64,000 bases of DNA from an uncultured Gemmatimonadales bacterium (GCA_963798845.1 CAWCUS010000006.1:1248001-1312000), one strand, 5' to 3'; positions 1 to 11,400 are shown, counted from the stretch's first letter. Numbers and translations are program-made. Notes: generated by a model from the letters alone, not told the origin.

Positions 1-515
1 TCCCAGGACGCGTCGCCGTTCAGCTGGTCCCCCTTCACCCCGGCCGGGTTGACCTCGAACCAGACCTCGTCCAGGCGGTTGTGATAGGGGTCGAGCAGGA
101 TGATGATCTTGTCCGTGGTCAGCGAGTTGAACGAGCCGTTGTTCCCGTCCGCGTCCAGGAGCTGGTCCCGCCTCGCCAGCGGCGCCACCACCCCGCCCGG
201 CTGCGCCATCCGCGCCCCCACGTAGAGCGCGGTGCGACCGTACAGGATTCGCACTTCCGTGGCCTTCGATGCCGGCTCCCCCTCGTCTGGCTGCGACTGG
301 CGCAGGCCGGTGATCGATGGCGCCGCCTGCCAGGCCGCTTCATCGAGCCGACCGTCGATGACGATGTCGTCACCGTCGGTGGGCGCGGCCGTGGCCACGG
401 GACGTACGGAGCTGGCATCGGGCACCTGAGCGTGGCGAGCCGCCTGGGCCGGCAGGGAAACGGGGAGCGCAAGGGCGCCCACGACGAGGGCAGTGCCGCA
501 GAGCGATCGGGTCAT
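1..515 (-). CDS. Secreted DUF5916 / CBM9-like domain protein, 5' part only (runs off the left edge)
   Basis: Manual translation from ATG at 515: MTRSLCGTALVVGALALPVSLPAQA signal peptide, then IDGRLDEAAWQAA...QPDEGEPASKATEVRILY...ALYVGARM...IILLDPYH...WFEVNPAGV, the typical N-terminus of this family. Missing from the ORF track because no stop lies in the window. Confidence 0.75.
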   Translation of the reverse strand, partial: MTRSLCGTALVVGALALPVSLPAQAARHAQVPDASSVRPVATAAPTDGDDIVIDGRLDEAAWQAAPSITGLRQSQPDEGEPASKATEVRILYGRTALYVGARMAQPGGVVAPLARRDQLLDADGNNGSFNSLTTDKIIILLDPYHNRLDEVWFEVNPAGVKGDQLNGDASW

Positions 516-762
516 GGGACGTTCTGGCTGGAGTGCGGGTAACGGCTTCGAACCTTGGACACTACGGACGCCGCGAGGGTTGGGTGTCACGAGGCCGGTC
601 CCCGACGCGACCCCTGGCAGGCGCACGGGGAAACCCGGTCCCGCCGGTCCCACGACGTGAACGAACGAGGCCGCCGGCTTGTGACCGCCGCCGGCCGGGA
701 CCACATTGGAGGAGGCGATGCGCCGGCGGTCCGGCCATCCCGCAGACCCTCGGAGGCGCACG

Positions 763-1500
763 ATGGCGGCTTTCACCGAGGTGGCGCCCGGCCTGCTCCG
801 GCTGGCGCTCCTCCCGCTCGACCTGGTCAACGTCTACCTGATGGGGGACGTGCTCGTGGACGCCGGCGCCCCCCGGGGCCACTCGCGCATCCTGCGGGCG
901 CTGCGCCGCAAGCGGGTGGCGGGCGTGGCCCTGACCCACGGCCACTTCGATCACCACGGCGGAGCGCACGCCGTGTGCGAGGTGCTGGGGGTCCCGCTGG
1001 CGTGCGGAGAGGCGGAGCGCACGGCCGTCGAGACCGGCGATGCATCCACCCTCTACCGGGATCCCGAGCGCGCCATCGCCCGCTTGGCCCGACGCCTCGC
1101 GGGGCCGGGCCACCCGGTCGCGCGGGTGCTCCGCGAGGGCGACGTCGTCGGCGGGTTCACGGTCCTCGAGACGCCGGGGCACACGCCCGGGCACCTGGCG
1201 TTCTGGCGGGAAGGGGACCGGGTCCTGGTGCTGGGAGACGTCCTGTTCCACCGCAATCCCCTGACGCTCCGCCACGGCCTCGCCTGGCCGTACCGCTTCC
1301 TCGTCCACGACTACGAGCGGAACATCGCGGCGGCGAGGCGCCTGGCCGATCTGGAGCCGGCCGTGGTCTGCTTCGGGCACGGCGAGCCGCTCCGCGACGG
1401 GCGCGCTTTCCAGCGCTTCGCCAGGCTCGAGCTCACCGTGGTGGCCCATCGACGCCGCGACTTCGCCGTCGCCCCCTCTCCGCTTCAGCGCGCAGGCTGA
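763..1500 (+). CDS. MBL-fold metallo-hydrolase
   Basis: THGHFDHHG (HxHxDH), TPGHTPGH, GD and FGHG motifs; GGAGG RBS before ATG 763. Confidence 0.9.
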   Translation: MAAFTEVAPGLLRLALLPLDLVNVYLMGDVLVDAGAPRGHSRILRALRRKRVAGVALTHGHFDHHGGAHAVCEVLGVPLACGEAERTAVETGDASTLYRDPERAIARLARRLAGPGHPVARVLREGDVVGGFTVLETPGHTPGHLAFWREGDRVLVLGDVLFHRNPLTLRHGLAWPYRFLVHDYERNIAAARRLADLEPAVVCFGHGEPLRDGRAFQRFARLELTVVAHRRRDFAVAPSPLQRAG

Positions 1501-1528
1501 GGGGACTGCCGGGCTGCCGGCTCCCCGC

Positions 1529-2059
1529 TCAGGCGTCCGCGGGCTCGGGGCGCGACGGCTCGAACAGTGTCCGCCATTCTGCCGGGATCTCGGTCATGCC
1601 CGCGATGTGGCGGAACTGCTCGGGCGGGACGGGGACCTCCGTGAACTCGGCCTCGGCCACCAGCCGCCCCCGCTGGTCGCGGGCTTCCGCGTGGACCCGT
1701 CCCCGTCCCGGCTCCGGCTGGGAGTCGACGAGGCGGGCGCGCAGCGTGAGCTCGTGGCCGACGGGGGCGGCCCGGTGGTAGGCGACGGTGGCCGCGCCCA
1801 GCAGCCAGTACTTGCCGTCCCTCGGCCCCAGCACGGCCATGACCCATGTGGCGAGGCAGTCCATGGCGGTGAAGAGCGCGCCGCCGTGGGTGAGGCCTGG
1901 GAATCCGCTGGCGTGCGCGGACGGACGGAAGGCGGCCTGGAGGCCGCGGGGGTCCCCGTCGTCGAGCATGACTTCGATGCGCAGCCCGTGGGGGTTCTCG
2001 TGACCGCATCCGAAGCAGGCGTTCCCCGGCAGCCGCTCGCGGTTCAGGATCTCGGGCAT
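1529..2059 (-). CDS. PaaI/hotdog-fold thioesterase family protein
   Basis: C-terminal part of ORF 1529..4213: CFGCGHENPHGL and THGGALFTAMD motifs; start MPEILNR at 2059. Confidence 0.85.
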   Translation of the reverse strand: MPEILNRERLPGNACFGCGHENPHGLRIEVMLDDGDPRGLQAAFRPSAHASGFPGLTHGGALFTAMDCLATWVMAVLGPRDGKYWLLGAATVAYHRAAPVGHELTLRARLVDSQPEPGRGRVHAEARDQRGRLVAEAEFTEVPVPPEQFRHIAGMTEIPAEWRTLFEPSRPEPADA

Positions 2060-2149
2060 GGCGCCGTCCCCTCCGGCAGAGCCGGGTTGCTGGTCGATGG
2101 CGTACACCGTCACATTCCGGGAACTTCCACCCACCCCGGAGCATGACCG

Positions 2150-3694
2150 GTGATGACGCGGTTTCTGATGGCAGGTCTCGTGGCGACCGTGGCGATGACC
2201 GCCACGCCGGTCGCCGCCCAGGATGAAGATGCGGACACGGCAAGAACCGTCCCGGAGGAGACGGCGGCGGTGACCCGGCACGCGGTCAGGGTCGACGGGC
2301 AGACGATCCGGTACACGGCGACCGTGGGCAACCTCCTCCTCCACGACGACGATGGCGACCCGACGGCCAGCGTCTTCTACATCGCCTACACGAAGGACGA
2401 CGCCGGGCCGGCGCGGCGCCCGGTGACGTTCCTGTACAACGGCGGGCCGGGATCGGCGAGCATCTGGCTGCACATGGGGTCGTTCGCGCCGGTGCGGGTG
2501 GTGACGGAGAACGCCGGTGCGGGATCGCCCGCGCCGTACACCCTGGTGCCGAACGCCCAGAGTCTGATCGACCGGACGGACCTGGTGTTCATCGACGCCG
2601 TGGGGACGGGCTACAGCCGGATCGTGGGGGAAGGCGAGGCGGACGACTTCTTCGGCGTGGACCAGGATGTCCGGGCGTTCGCCGACTTCATCGGCCGCTG
2701 GGTGACGGAGAACCGCCGCTGGAACTCGCCGAAGTTCCTGCTGGGCGAGTCGTACGGCACCACTCGCTCGGCCGGACTGGCGGCGCTGCTGGACCGGCGG
2801 GGGATGCCGATGAACGGCGTGGTCCTGGTGTCGTCGTGGCTGGACGGGTACGTCGACTTCGGGAACCCGCCGTTCGCTCTGGACCTTCCCTACATCCTCT
2901 ATCTCCCCACCATGGCCGCCACGGCGTGGTACCACGAGAAGCTGCCGGGTGAGCGAGGCGGGCTGGAGCCGTTCCTGGACGAGGTCCGCAGCTTCGCCAT
3001 CGGCGACTACGCCCACGCCCTCGCCCTGGGCGCGCGCCTCTCCGATGCCGCGCGCGACTCCATTGCGCAGACGCTCCACCGGTACACCGGCCTCGCCGTG
3101 GACTTCATTCGCGAGGCCGACCTGCGGATCACGCCCGGGAGATTCGAGAAGGAGCTGCTGCGCGGCGAGCGGCGCACCGTGGGCCGGCTGGACTCCCGCT
3201 ATCTCGGGATCGACCACGATGCCGCGGGCGAGTCTCCGGAATACGACGCGTCCGACGCTGCCATCAACGGCGCGTTCACGACCGCTTTCAACGACTATCT
3301 CCGGACTGAGCTCGAGTACGAGGCGGACGCGGCGCGCCGCTATCGCACCAGCGGGGACGTGGGGGAGTGGGACTGGCACCACCGGACCCTGGGCGGGCGC
3401 TATCCCATGTTCGACGTGTCCGAGGACCTGCGGCAGGCCATGACCCGGAACCCGCGGCTCCAGGTGTTTTCGGCCAACGGCTACTTCGACTTCGCGACCC
3501 CGTTCTTCGAGACCGAGTACACCCTCGACCACATGGGGCTCGACCCGTCGCTGCGCGGCAACATCCATTACGGCTACTACCGGTCCGGGCACATGATCTA
3601 CCTGAACCCGGACGCCCTCGCGGCCATGAAGAAGGACCTCGGCGCGTTCTACGACGCGGTGCTGGCGCGGCCGACGCCGCCGGGCGGGGACTGA
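2150..3694 (+). CDS. Secreted serine carboxypeptidase, peptidase S10 family
   Basis: Signal peptide; NGGPGSAS, GESYG (catalytic Ser), GYFDFATP and SGHMIY (catalytic His). Confidence 0.92.
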   Translation: MMTRFLMAGLVATVAMTATPVAAQDEDADTARTVPEETAAVTRHAVRVDGQTIRYTATVGNLLLHDDDGDPTASVFYIAYTKDDAGPARRPVTFLYNGGPGSASIWLHMGSFAPVRVVTENAGAGSPAPYTLVPNAQSLIDRTDLVFIDAVGTGYSRIVGEGEADDFFGVDQDVRAFADFIGRWVTENRRWNSPKFLLGESYGTTRSAGLAALLDRRGMPMNGVVLVSSWLDGYVDFGNPPFALDLPYILYLPTMAATAWYHEKLPGERGGLEPFLDEVRSFAIGDYAHALALGARLSDAARDSIAQTLHRYTGLAVDFIREADLRITPGRFEKELLRGERRTVGRLDSRYLGIDHDAAGESPEYDASDAAINGAFTTAFNDYLRTELEYEADAARRYRTSGDVGEWDWHHRTLGGRYPMFDVSEDLRQAMTRNPRLQVFSANGYFDFATPFFETEYTLDHMGLDPSLRGNIHYGYYRSGHMIYLNPDALAAMKKDLGAFYDAVLARPTPPGGD

Positions 3695-3727
3695 GGCGCC
3701 ACGGACCGCCTCGCAGCCACGGGCGGA

Positions 3728-3755
3728 GGGGCGGGCGCCGGTCGGCGCCCGCCCC
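3728..3755. terminator. GC-rich hairpin between convergent genes
   Basis: GGGGCGGGCGCCG/CGGCGCCCGCCCC inverted repeat between stops at 3694 and 3763; no U-tract. Confidence 0.45.
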
Positions 3756-3762
3756 GAGCCGC

Positions 3763-4626
3763 TCAGTCGGCGTCGCTCCAGCTCAGCTGGGTCAGCCCGA
3801 TCCGGTACTCCTTGGCCTGGGAGTCGTGCGTGATCCGGTAGGCGGACGGGTACCAGCCCGATTCCGGTCGAAGCTGCGGCGCCCGCACCGGGATCACCTC
3901 GTCGCTCGCCGCCAGCAGGTAGGCGCGGGTGATCATCGGCTCGAGGAACGTGAACTCGCCATCCCACGAGCCGTAGACGAACGTCCTGGTGAACGGCTGG
4001 TAGTTCTCGGGATGGCCGAGCATCCCCTGCAGCTCGGGCGCGAGCAGGTCGCTCCAGTGGACGCCCATCTGCGGGACGGCCACGGACGCCGCGTCGCTTC
4101 CGGGAGGCGCGAGCACGGCGTAGAGGCTGGGGACGTAGCCGCCGGTCGGAAGGTTGTTCGCCTCGGTGGCGAAGTTCGGGTCCGACGGGAGGATCATCGC
4201 CACTTCGGCCCACGGGACGACGTAGAAGTGGAAGTCGAAGTGGGGGACCGTGTAGACGCCCTCCGGGACGTGTCCGTGGGAGTTCCAGTCCAGCATCGCG
4301 AACGTGTAGGGCGCCGGCGCGCGCGCGGGCAACGGCAGCATGTACGCCGTGGAGCCCTCGGCCGGCAGTCCGCTCAACGCCTGCTCGTCCAGCGCGATGC
4401 CGATCTCGAGCGGCGAGCCGCCGTCCTTCTCGTCCAGCACCACGTACGTCCGGGCCATCCCCTGCCCGACCCGGACCGGCGTGCCGTACTGCCTGTGGGC
4501 GCCCGGGACGTCGTAGCCGGCGCGGGCCATGGCGGCGCCGTCGGGCGCGATGGGGGTGGTGGCGGTGTCGCAGGCGGCAGCCGAGAGCGTCGCCAGTACA
4601 ATGGGGACGAGCCGAAGAGTTCGCAT
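3763..4626 (-). CDS. DUF5602 (TTHB210-like) His-rich lipoprotein
   Basis: MRTLRLVPIVLATLSAAAC lipobox; DWNSHGHVPEGVYTVPHFDFHFY, VPQMGVHW and FVYGSWDGEFTFLEPMIT motifs. Confidence 0.8.
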   Translation of the reverse strand: MRTLRLVPIVLATLSAAACDTATTPIAPDGAAMARAGYDVPGAHRQYGTPVRVGQGMARTYVVLDEKDGGSPLEIGIALDEQALSGLPAEGSTAYMLPLPARAPAPYTFAMLDWNSHGHVPEGVYTVPHFDFHFYVVPWAEVAMILPSDPNFATEANNLPTGGYVPSLYAVLAPPGSDAASVAVPQMGVHWSDLLAPELQGMLGHPENYQPFTRTFVYGSWDGEFTFLEPMITRAYLLAASDEVIPVRAPQLRPESGWYPSAYRITHDSQAKEYRIGLTQLSWSDAD

Positions 4627-4975
4627 TGAACAGACCTCATCACTGAGGGGAATAACCCCGCTGCGCGGGGAGGAGCCCAGCGTTGATGCGGTGGCGGAGG
4701 GGCGCGCGACGGCACGAGCCGGAGGAAAATCTTCCGCCACCGCGGACCGGATGATCCGACCCGGGGAGGTCGGCGCCGACCTCGATTCAGCCCCGGGAGG
4801 TCCGGAATATGGATGGCGCCCCCACCGGGCGGAAGCCCCCCCGGGGCCGCGACCCGCCATGGACGCCCGTGGGCGGGTCGAGCTACCATGTGGTGCACGC
4901 ACGCCCAGGCGGATCCGCGGCCTGCCGGCTCATCGAGTGACGAGCCGGGCCCTCCTCCCCGACCAGAACACGGCC

Positions 4976-6784
4976 ATGATCTCTCTCCCGACGACTTCTC
5001 CTCCCCGGCAACGATCGCCGCTCACCGTCAGGACGGGGCGGCCCGGGAGCGCGCCCCTGCCCCGCCGACGGCTGCGCGGGCTCGCTCCCGCGCTGGCGGC
5101 AGCACTCACCACGGCGCTCGCGCCGGGGTTGGCCGGGCCTGCCGCGGCCCAGTCCTTCGCCGTGTCCTTCCCCGCATCCGCCCACGCAGGCCCGATCACG
5201 GGACGGGTGTTCGTGGTGGTAGCGCGGGACTCCGCGCCCGAGCCGCGGGTGCTGGCCGGATCGTTCGCGCAGACCACGCCGCTGTTCGGCATGGACGTCA
5301 GCGACCTGGCGCCGGGGGAGACCGCGGTCCTGGACGGCTCCACGCCAGGATACCCGGTGGACTCGCCGGCCGAGCTTCCGGAAGGGGACTACTGGGCGCA
5401 GGCGATCCTGAACGTGTACACGCAGTTCCACCGCGCGGACGGCCACGTGATCTGGGCGCACATGGACCAGTGGGAGGGGCAGCGCTTCAACCGATCGCCG
5501 GGAAACCTCGTGAGCGACCCGGTGCGGGTCCACATCGCCCGCGGCGGGGCCGAGCCGATCCGGCTCAGGCTCACCCGCGTGCTCCCGCCGGTGACAGTGC
5601 CGCCGGAAACCGGGTGGGTGAAGCGGGTGAGAATCGAGAGCCCGATGCTGACCAGGTTCTGGGGGCACCCGATGTACCTCGGTGCGACGGTGCTGCTGCC
5701 GAAGGGGTACGAGGAGCACCCGGATGCGCGCTACCCCGTCGTCTACATCCAGGGGCATTTCGGGCTGGGAGCGCCGTTCGGCTTCAGCACGGACAGCGTG
5801 CCTGTGCCGCCCGGGATGCGATCGCTGCTGGATGAGTACAACCTGGAGAGCGGCTACGACTTCTACCGGCAGTGGACGTCGGACGACTTCCCGCGGATGA
5901 TCGCGGTGACGTTCCAGCACCCCACGCCGTACTTCGACGACTCCTACGCGGTCAACTCCGCGAACAACGGTCCGTACGGCGACGCGCTGCTGCACGAGCT
6001 GATCCCGTACCTGGAGTCGCACTTCCGCATGATCGCGGAGCCGTATGCGCGCGTGCTCACCGGAGGCTCCACCGGCGGGTGGGAATCACTGGCGCTCCAG
6101 GTTCACCACCCGGACTTCTTCGGCGGCACATGGACGCTGTACCCGGATCCCGTGGATTTCCGGCATTACGGACTCGTGGACGCCTACGCCGATTCCAACG
6201 CATTCATCGTGGGGGATCCCGGCAGCCAGCCGTTCAGCCCCGTGAGCGAGTGGTTCCACCCCGAGCGGTACGTCATGCGCGGTAACGACGGGCAGCCGCT
6301 CCTCACGATGCGGCAGATGAGCCGGCTGGAGAGCGTGCTCGGGAGCCACGGCCGCTCCGGCGAGCAGCTGGAGGCGTGGGAGGCTGTGTACGGCCCGGTG
6401 GGCGAGGACGGGTACCCGGTTCCGCTGTGGGACAAGGCGACGGGTCGGATCGACCACGACGTCGCCGCCTACATGCGCGAGCACGGCTACGACCTGCGCG
6501 CCTACCTCGACGCGAACTGGGCCACGGTGGGCCCGAAGCTGGCCGACAAGATCCACGTCGACGTGGGCGACATGGACAACTTCTACCTCAACCTGGCCGT
6601 CATGGACCTGGAGCGTTTCCTGGCGACGACCACGGACCCGCACGTCCCCGGCGTCTTCCACTACGGCCGGCCGGGCAAGGGACACGGGTGGGAGCACACC
6701 ACCCCCGCGGGGCTGGTCCGCGAGATGGCTGCCGCCATCGCCCGGCACGCGCCGGCGGACGCGGCGGCATCGACGCGACCGTAG
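4976..6784 (+). CDS. Secreted alpha/beta-hydrolase (esterase family, enterochelin-esterase-like C-terminal domain)
   Basis: Signal peptide ending AAAQ; VLLPKGY..HPDARYPVVY, GGSTGG nucleophile elbow, VGDMDNFYL and KGH. Start uncertain. Confidence 0.8.
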   Translation: MISLPTTSPPRQRSPLTVRTGRPGSAPLPRRRLRGLAPALAAALTTALAPGLAGPAAAQSFAVSFPASAHAGPITGRVFVVVARDSAPEPRVLAGSFAQTTPLFGMDVSDLAPGETAVLDGSTPGYPVDSPAELPEGDYWAQAILNVYTQFHRADGHVIWAHMDQWEGQRFNRSPGNLVSDPVRVHIARGGAEPIRLRLTRVLPPVTVPPETGWVKRVRIESPMLTRFWGHPMYLGATVLLPKGYEEHPDARYPVVYIQGHFGLGAPFGFSTDSVPVPPGMRSLLDEYNLESGYDFYRQWTSDDFPRMIAVTFQHPTPYFDDSYAVNSANNGPYGDALLHELIPYLESHFRMIAEPYARVLTGGSTGGWESLALQVHHPDFFGGTWTLYPDPVDFRHYGLVDAYADSNAFIVGDPGSQPFSPVSEWFHPERYVMRGNDGQPLLTMRQMSRLESVLGSHGRSGEQLEAWEAVYGPVGEDGYPVPLWDKATGRIDHDVAAYMREHGYDLRAYLDANWATVGPKLADKIHVDVGDMDNFYLNLAVMDLERFLATTTDPHVPGVFHYGRPGKGHGWEHTTPAGLVREMAAAIARHAPADAAASTRP

Positions 6785-6885
6785 CCGACGGCACGGCAGA
6801 TGGCGGTTGACACCCGCGCGCGGCGCGGTGCGTATTGATGCGCGTCATCAAGACCCTGGCGCAACCTGGAGACTGGAAGGCCTGA

Positions 6886-7035
6886 ATGAGCGCTCTGCTG
6901 TGGATCGGCGTGGTCCTGCTCATCCTCTGGATCGTCGCCGTCGTGCTGTTCAAGGTGGCGGGGTTCCTCATCCACCTGGCCCTGATCGTCGGCGTGATCC
7001 TGCTCGTGGTCTGGTTCATTCGCAGGATGCTCTGA
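6886..7035 (+). CDS. Small 2-TM membrane protein (lmo0937/DUF5670-like), 49 aa
   Basis: Manual translation MSALLWIGVVLLILWIVAVVLFKVAGFLIHLALIVGVILLVVWFIRRML; GGAAGG RBS. Below the ORF-track cutoff. Confidence 0.8.
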   Translation: MSALLWIGVVLLILWIVAVVLFKVAGFLIHLALIVGVILLVVWFIRRML

Positions 7036-7098
7036 CCGATCGGCTGCGGCGGAGGCGACGAGCGCCCCGGAGCGCCCGGCGTCCCCGCCGCGGCGCCG

Positions 7099-8193
7099 CT
7101 ACTGACGCCGGTAGTGGTCGAACACCGTGAGCACAGGGCGAGGCGAGCAATCCTCGCGGAAGAAGTCGCTGGGGCACCCCGTGGCCGGCTCCCACCAGAA
7201 GACGCCCTTGATGCGGCGGCTGGAGATGCCCAGCAGCGTCTGCGTCACGGCCTCCAGGAACGCTTTCCGCGGGCCGCCCGGGGCGTCCTCGGCGTACGGC
7301 GGCCGCCGGTCCTGCTGGCGGTAGACGTCCGGGCGGTATCCCACCTCCACGAGGATGACGTCCTTGCCCGGGAAGTTGGCGAGGATGGAGAGAAAGTTGT
7401 CCCGGAGCTCCAGCAGGTTGCCGTGCCACCAGGGATAGTATGAGAACCCGATGATGTCGTACGGGAGGCCGTAGGAGTCGAAGCGCTCGAAGAAGCCGCG
7501 CGCGGCGTCGGTGTCGGCGCCGTTGTCGTAGTGGACCATGAGGAGCGGGCGGGGCTCGCGGCCGCGCGCGGCGTCGATGCCGTCCAGGGCGGCGTCGTAC
7601 AGGGCGGCGAAGTCATCCCAGTGCTCGGGTAGCTTCCCCAGCGGCCACATCATGCCGACGCGCACCTCGTTCCCGATCTGCACCATGTCCGGCGTCACGC
7701 CCGCATCCATGAACGCGCGGTATGTCTGGCGGGTGTAGGCGTAGACGGAGTCCGACAGCATCTGGATGTCCGCGGTGTCCCACGCAGCCGGCGTGATCTG
7801 GTGCTGCGGGTCCGCCCACGTGTCGGAGAAGTGGTAGTCCAGCAGGAAGCGGTACCCCTTCGCCTTCGCAGCCTGCGCCAGCGCGATGGTGTACGCCAGG
7901 TCGTTGGGCAGCTCGTCCGGGTCGTGGAACACCCGCAAGCGGATCCAGTCGTAGCCGTGGTCCCTGAAGATGTCGAGCGCCGGGCGCACCTGCCCATCCA
8001 CGTCCTTGAAGCGCACACCCCGGTCCTCCGCCGCCTTCACGAACGACAGGTCGGCTCCGACGGCGAAGGTGATGTCCGTGTCGGCGCCCGACTGCCGCGG
8101 CGCCTGTGCGGCCGCGCCGGTCGCCATCGAGACCACGAGCAGCGGGAGCGCGAGGAGGGGAGGAAATCGGGTCGGTACGGCTGCGGGTGTCAC
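7099..8193 (-). CDS. Glycoside hydrolase family 53 (endo-1,4-beta-galactanase)
   Basis: GADLS, IRLRVF, LDYHFSDTWADP, VQIGNE, GFSYYPWWHG, VEVGY and GVFWWEP motifs; AGGAGGT RBS before GTG 8193; signal peptide. Confidence 0.92.
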   Translation of the reverse strand: MTPAAVPTRFPPLLALPLLVVSMATGAAAQAPRQSGADTDITFAVGADLSFVKAAEDRGVRFKDVDGQVRPALDIFRDHGYDWIRLRVFHDPDELPNDLAYTIALAQAAKAKGYRFLLDYHFSDTWADPQHQITPAAWDTADIQMLSDSVYAYTRQTYRAFMDAGVTPDMVQIGNEVRVGMMWPLGKLPEHWDDFAALYDAALDGIDAARGREPRPLLMVHYDNGADTDAARGFFERFDSYGLPYDIIGFSYYPWWHGNLLELRDNFLSILANFPGKDVILVEVGYRPDVYRQQDRRPPYAEDAPGGPRKAFLEAVTQTLLGISSRRIKGVFWWEPATGCPSDFFREDCSPRPVLTVFDHYRRQ

Positions 8194-8493
8194 GGGCGGC
8201 ACCTCCTGTCGTTTCGGGGTCACCGAGGCGCCAGCCGGGCGGCGCCTCCTGCGGGTCGACTCTTCGCCTGGGGAGGCGTCTTTCGGTGACGGCGAGACCG
8301 CGGTCCTCCATCGATCGGCGCCGTCCGTGGCCGTGATCCCGCGACTCACGGCCAGGTTGCGCCTCCAAATATATCGGCGCAGCGGCTCGGTGGCCTGCCG
8401 GCTCGGGCCGAGGGGGTCCTGGACGCCCGAGTCCCGGCGCCCTTTCCCGGGCAGCGGTTGCGCCGCCGCGGCGCTGCCGCCTAGCATCCCCGC

Positions 8494-11400
8494 ATGACCT
8501 CTCACATCGTCGCGTCGGCAGCGTTGCTCTCCCTCGTGGCCGCAGCCCCGGTCGCGCCGCAGGGGATGACGTCCACCGTGGCCGGCCACCCGATCGGCCC
8601 CTGGCTCGTGGCCGGCACGTTCCCGGTGGACACCGGCCCGGCCCGGGTCACGCGTGCGTACCTCCCGGACGAGGGCGGACTGACGCCGGCGGCCGGCAAT
8701 GCGGCGGGCGGGTGGACGTGGCGCGTGGTGCCCGTGGACGGAATGGGGCGCATCGACTTCAACCGCGTGTACGAGGGTGCGCGCCAGACCGAGCAGGCGG
8801 CGGCGTACGCGCTGACGTACCTGCGCAGCCCCGACGAACGGACCGTCGCGCTGGCCGTCGAGACCGACGACGACGGGCGACTCTGGCTGAACGGCCACCT
8901 GGTCTACTCCAGGGAGGTCGCACGGGGAGTGGGGCAGGCCGACACCGTGACCCTTCGCCTCTCGCGGGGCGTGAACCGCCTCCTGTACAAGGTGGTGAAC
9001 CGCTCGGGCGGGTTCGGCATGGGTGCACGTCTTCTGGACTCGAGCCCGGGTCCCGTGGCCGACCTCGCGGCGTCCGTCGAGCGGCCGGTGCGCGACCAGC
9101 TGGCGGGGCCACCCTCGCCGGGCGTGACCGTCGGGCCGGTTCGGCTGGCCGGGTGGCCAGTGCTCGCGCCGGAGCGAGGCGACCTGGTCCTCCCGCTGAC
9201 CCTGCCGGTGACGCGCTGGGGCGGACTCGACGCGCCCGTCGAGCTGAGGGTGGGGTCCGCCAGGGTGGCCGTGCCGGCGCCCCGGGGGGCCGGCGCTTCG
9301 GACACCGTCGAGCTGACGGCGGAATGGGGGGAGCTGGCCCGACAGGCGTTGCGACACGGCGCGGCGGTACGGGCGGTTTCGGGAGGGCGGGAGCTGGCGG
9401 GTGCGCCCGTGGGGCTTGCGGCCGCGGACCTGCTGTCCGTTCTGTCGTGGCCGATGGAGGTGCAGGGCTGGCTCCGCACCGCGGCCGCCGACGCGCGCGC
9501 GCCCGGCGGCGCCGGCTGGGCGCCGCTCCGCGGGCACGCGCCCACGGCCGTGGGCGACACCGCGGCGGGCGCCATCGGCGTGTCCCTCCGCGTGCCGCCG
9601 GCGCTGGACGGGCTCGCGCTGGATCTGGAAGCCGCGGAATACGGCCCGGATGCGTCGATCCTGGTGAACGGGCGCGCGGTCGCCCGGGACTCGCTGGGGC
9701 GGGCGCCCCTGTGCGACGGCTGCCGGGCGGGCGCCAGCCTGGGGATCGTGGTCCGCCCGGGCCGCGACATCTGGTGGGACCCTCCGCGGCTGCGCGTGCG
9801 CGAGATCGGCTGGCGGGAAGTGGCCGAGGGCTCGCGATGGGCGCGCTTCTTCACGGGCGACAGCGCCTACGCCCCGCCCGCGCGCGGCCGCCGCGGACTC
9901 GGCGCTGGCGGCGGCGCTGGAGCCCGGGCGCGCCCGCTACCGGGCCATGATCGCGCAGCGCCTGGACGCGCTGGGGCCAGCGGCCGCGGCGGCGAAGCGC
10001 GACACCCTGTGGGCGGTGGGGAACTCGCACATCGACGCGGCGTGGCTGTGGCGCTGGCCGGAGACCGTGGACGTGGTGGACGCCACGTGGGGCACGGCCA
10101 CGAAGCTCATGCGGAAGTACCCGGAGATGCAGTTCGCGGCGTCGTCGGCGCGCTACTACGACTGGCTGGCGGCACGCGACCCGGCGCTGCTCGCGCGGAT
10201 CCGCTCTCTGGCGGCGGCGGGGCGGTGGCACCCGGTGGGCGGGTGGTGGGTGGAAGCGGACGCCAACATGCCGGCGGGCGAATCGTTCGCGCACCAGGCG
10301 CTGTACGGCCAGCGTGAGTATCGGCGGCTGTTCGGCAGGTACGCGCGCGTGGCATGGATCCCGGACACGTTCGGCTACAACTGGCAGCTGCCGCAGATCT
10401 TCCGTGCCTCCGGGCTGGACTTCCTGGTGACGCAGAAGCTGCGCTGGAACGATACCAACCCGTGGACGGCCGATCGCAACGTGTTCTGGTGGCAGGGGCG
10501 CGACGGAACACGGATCCTGACGTACATCCCGTACGGCTACGACCACGACCTGGAGCCGGCCGAGCTCGCCCGTGAGTGGCGTGCGACCGGCGACAGCAGT
10601 GCGGTCGCGGAGACGTACACCCTGTACGGCGTGGGGGACCACGGCGGCGGCCCCACGATGGAGATGCTCGACCGCCGGCGGGCGCTGGCCCGAGTGCCGA
10701 CCTTCCCGCCCGTGCTGGACGCGGCGCCGGACTCCGTGCTCGCGGGGATGCGGGCAGCCATGCCCGCGAACGCGCCGGTGGTGGATGACGAGCTGTATCT
10801 CGAGTACCACCGCGGGGTCCTGACCTCGCAGTCGGAGACGAAGCGGTGGAACCGGCGCATGGAGGGGCTGCTCGGCGCCGCGGAGACGGCCGCGGCCGTG
10901 GCAGCGGAACCGGCCGCGGGGCGCCTGGCCTCCACCGACCGCGGCACGGGGCGTTCGGCGACGCTGGCGTACCCGGCCGAGCGACTTCGCCGGGCCTGGC
11001 GGATCGCGCTGTTCAACCAGTTCCACGACATCCTCCCCGGCTCCGGGATCGGCCCCGTGTACGCGGACGCCGACTCCATGTACCGCGTCGCCGACTCGCT
11101 CGCCGCGTCCGTCCTGTACGACGCCGGCCGCACGCTCGCGGCCGGGCTCGACACGCGCGGACCGTCGCAGGGCGACCGGGCGTTCCTGGTGCTGAACCCG
11201 GGCGGGCGGGCGCGAGCGGGCGTGGTGTCGATCCCGCTGAGCGGACGACGCGGCGCCCGGCGCTCGGCTGCGGACGGTGGAGGAGAGGGCGAGTGGGCGG
11301 CAGAGGTGGTGGATGAGCGAGGGAGCTGGCTCCCGTCGGCGGTCGCGAACGACACCATCTACGTGCGGGTGGCGGACGTGCCGGCCACGGGCGGGAAGCT

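Noticed and set aside
2060..4213. Upstream part of the 894-aa ORF 1529..4213 (-)
   Set aside because: Antisense shadow of the S10 peptidase; only the last 176 aa (thioesterase) look real.
6835..6851. FNR/CRP box
   Set aside because: The half-sites TTGAT/ATCAA are separated by 7 bp, not the required 4.
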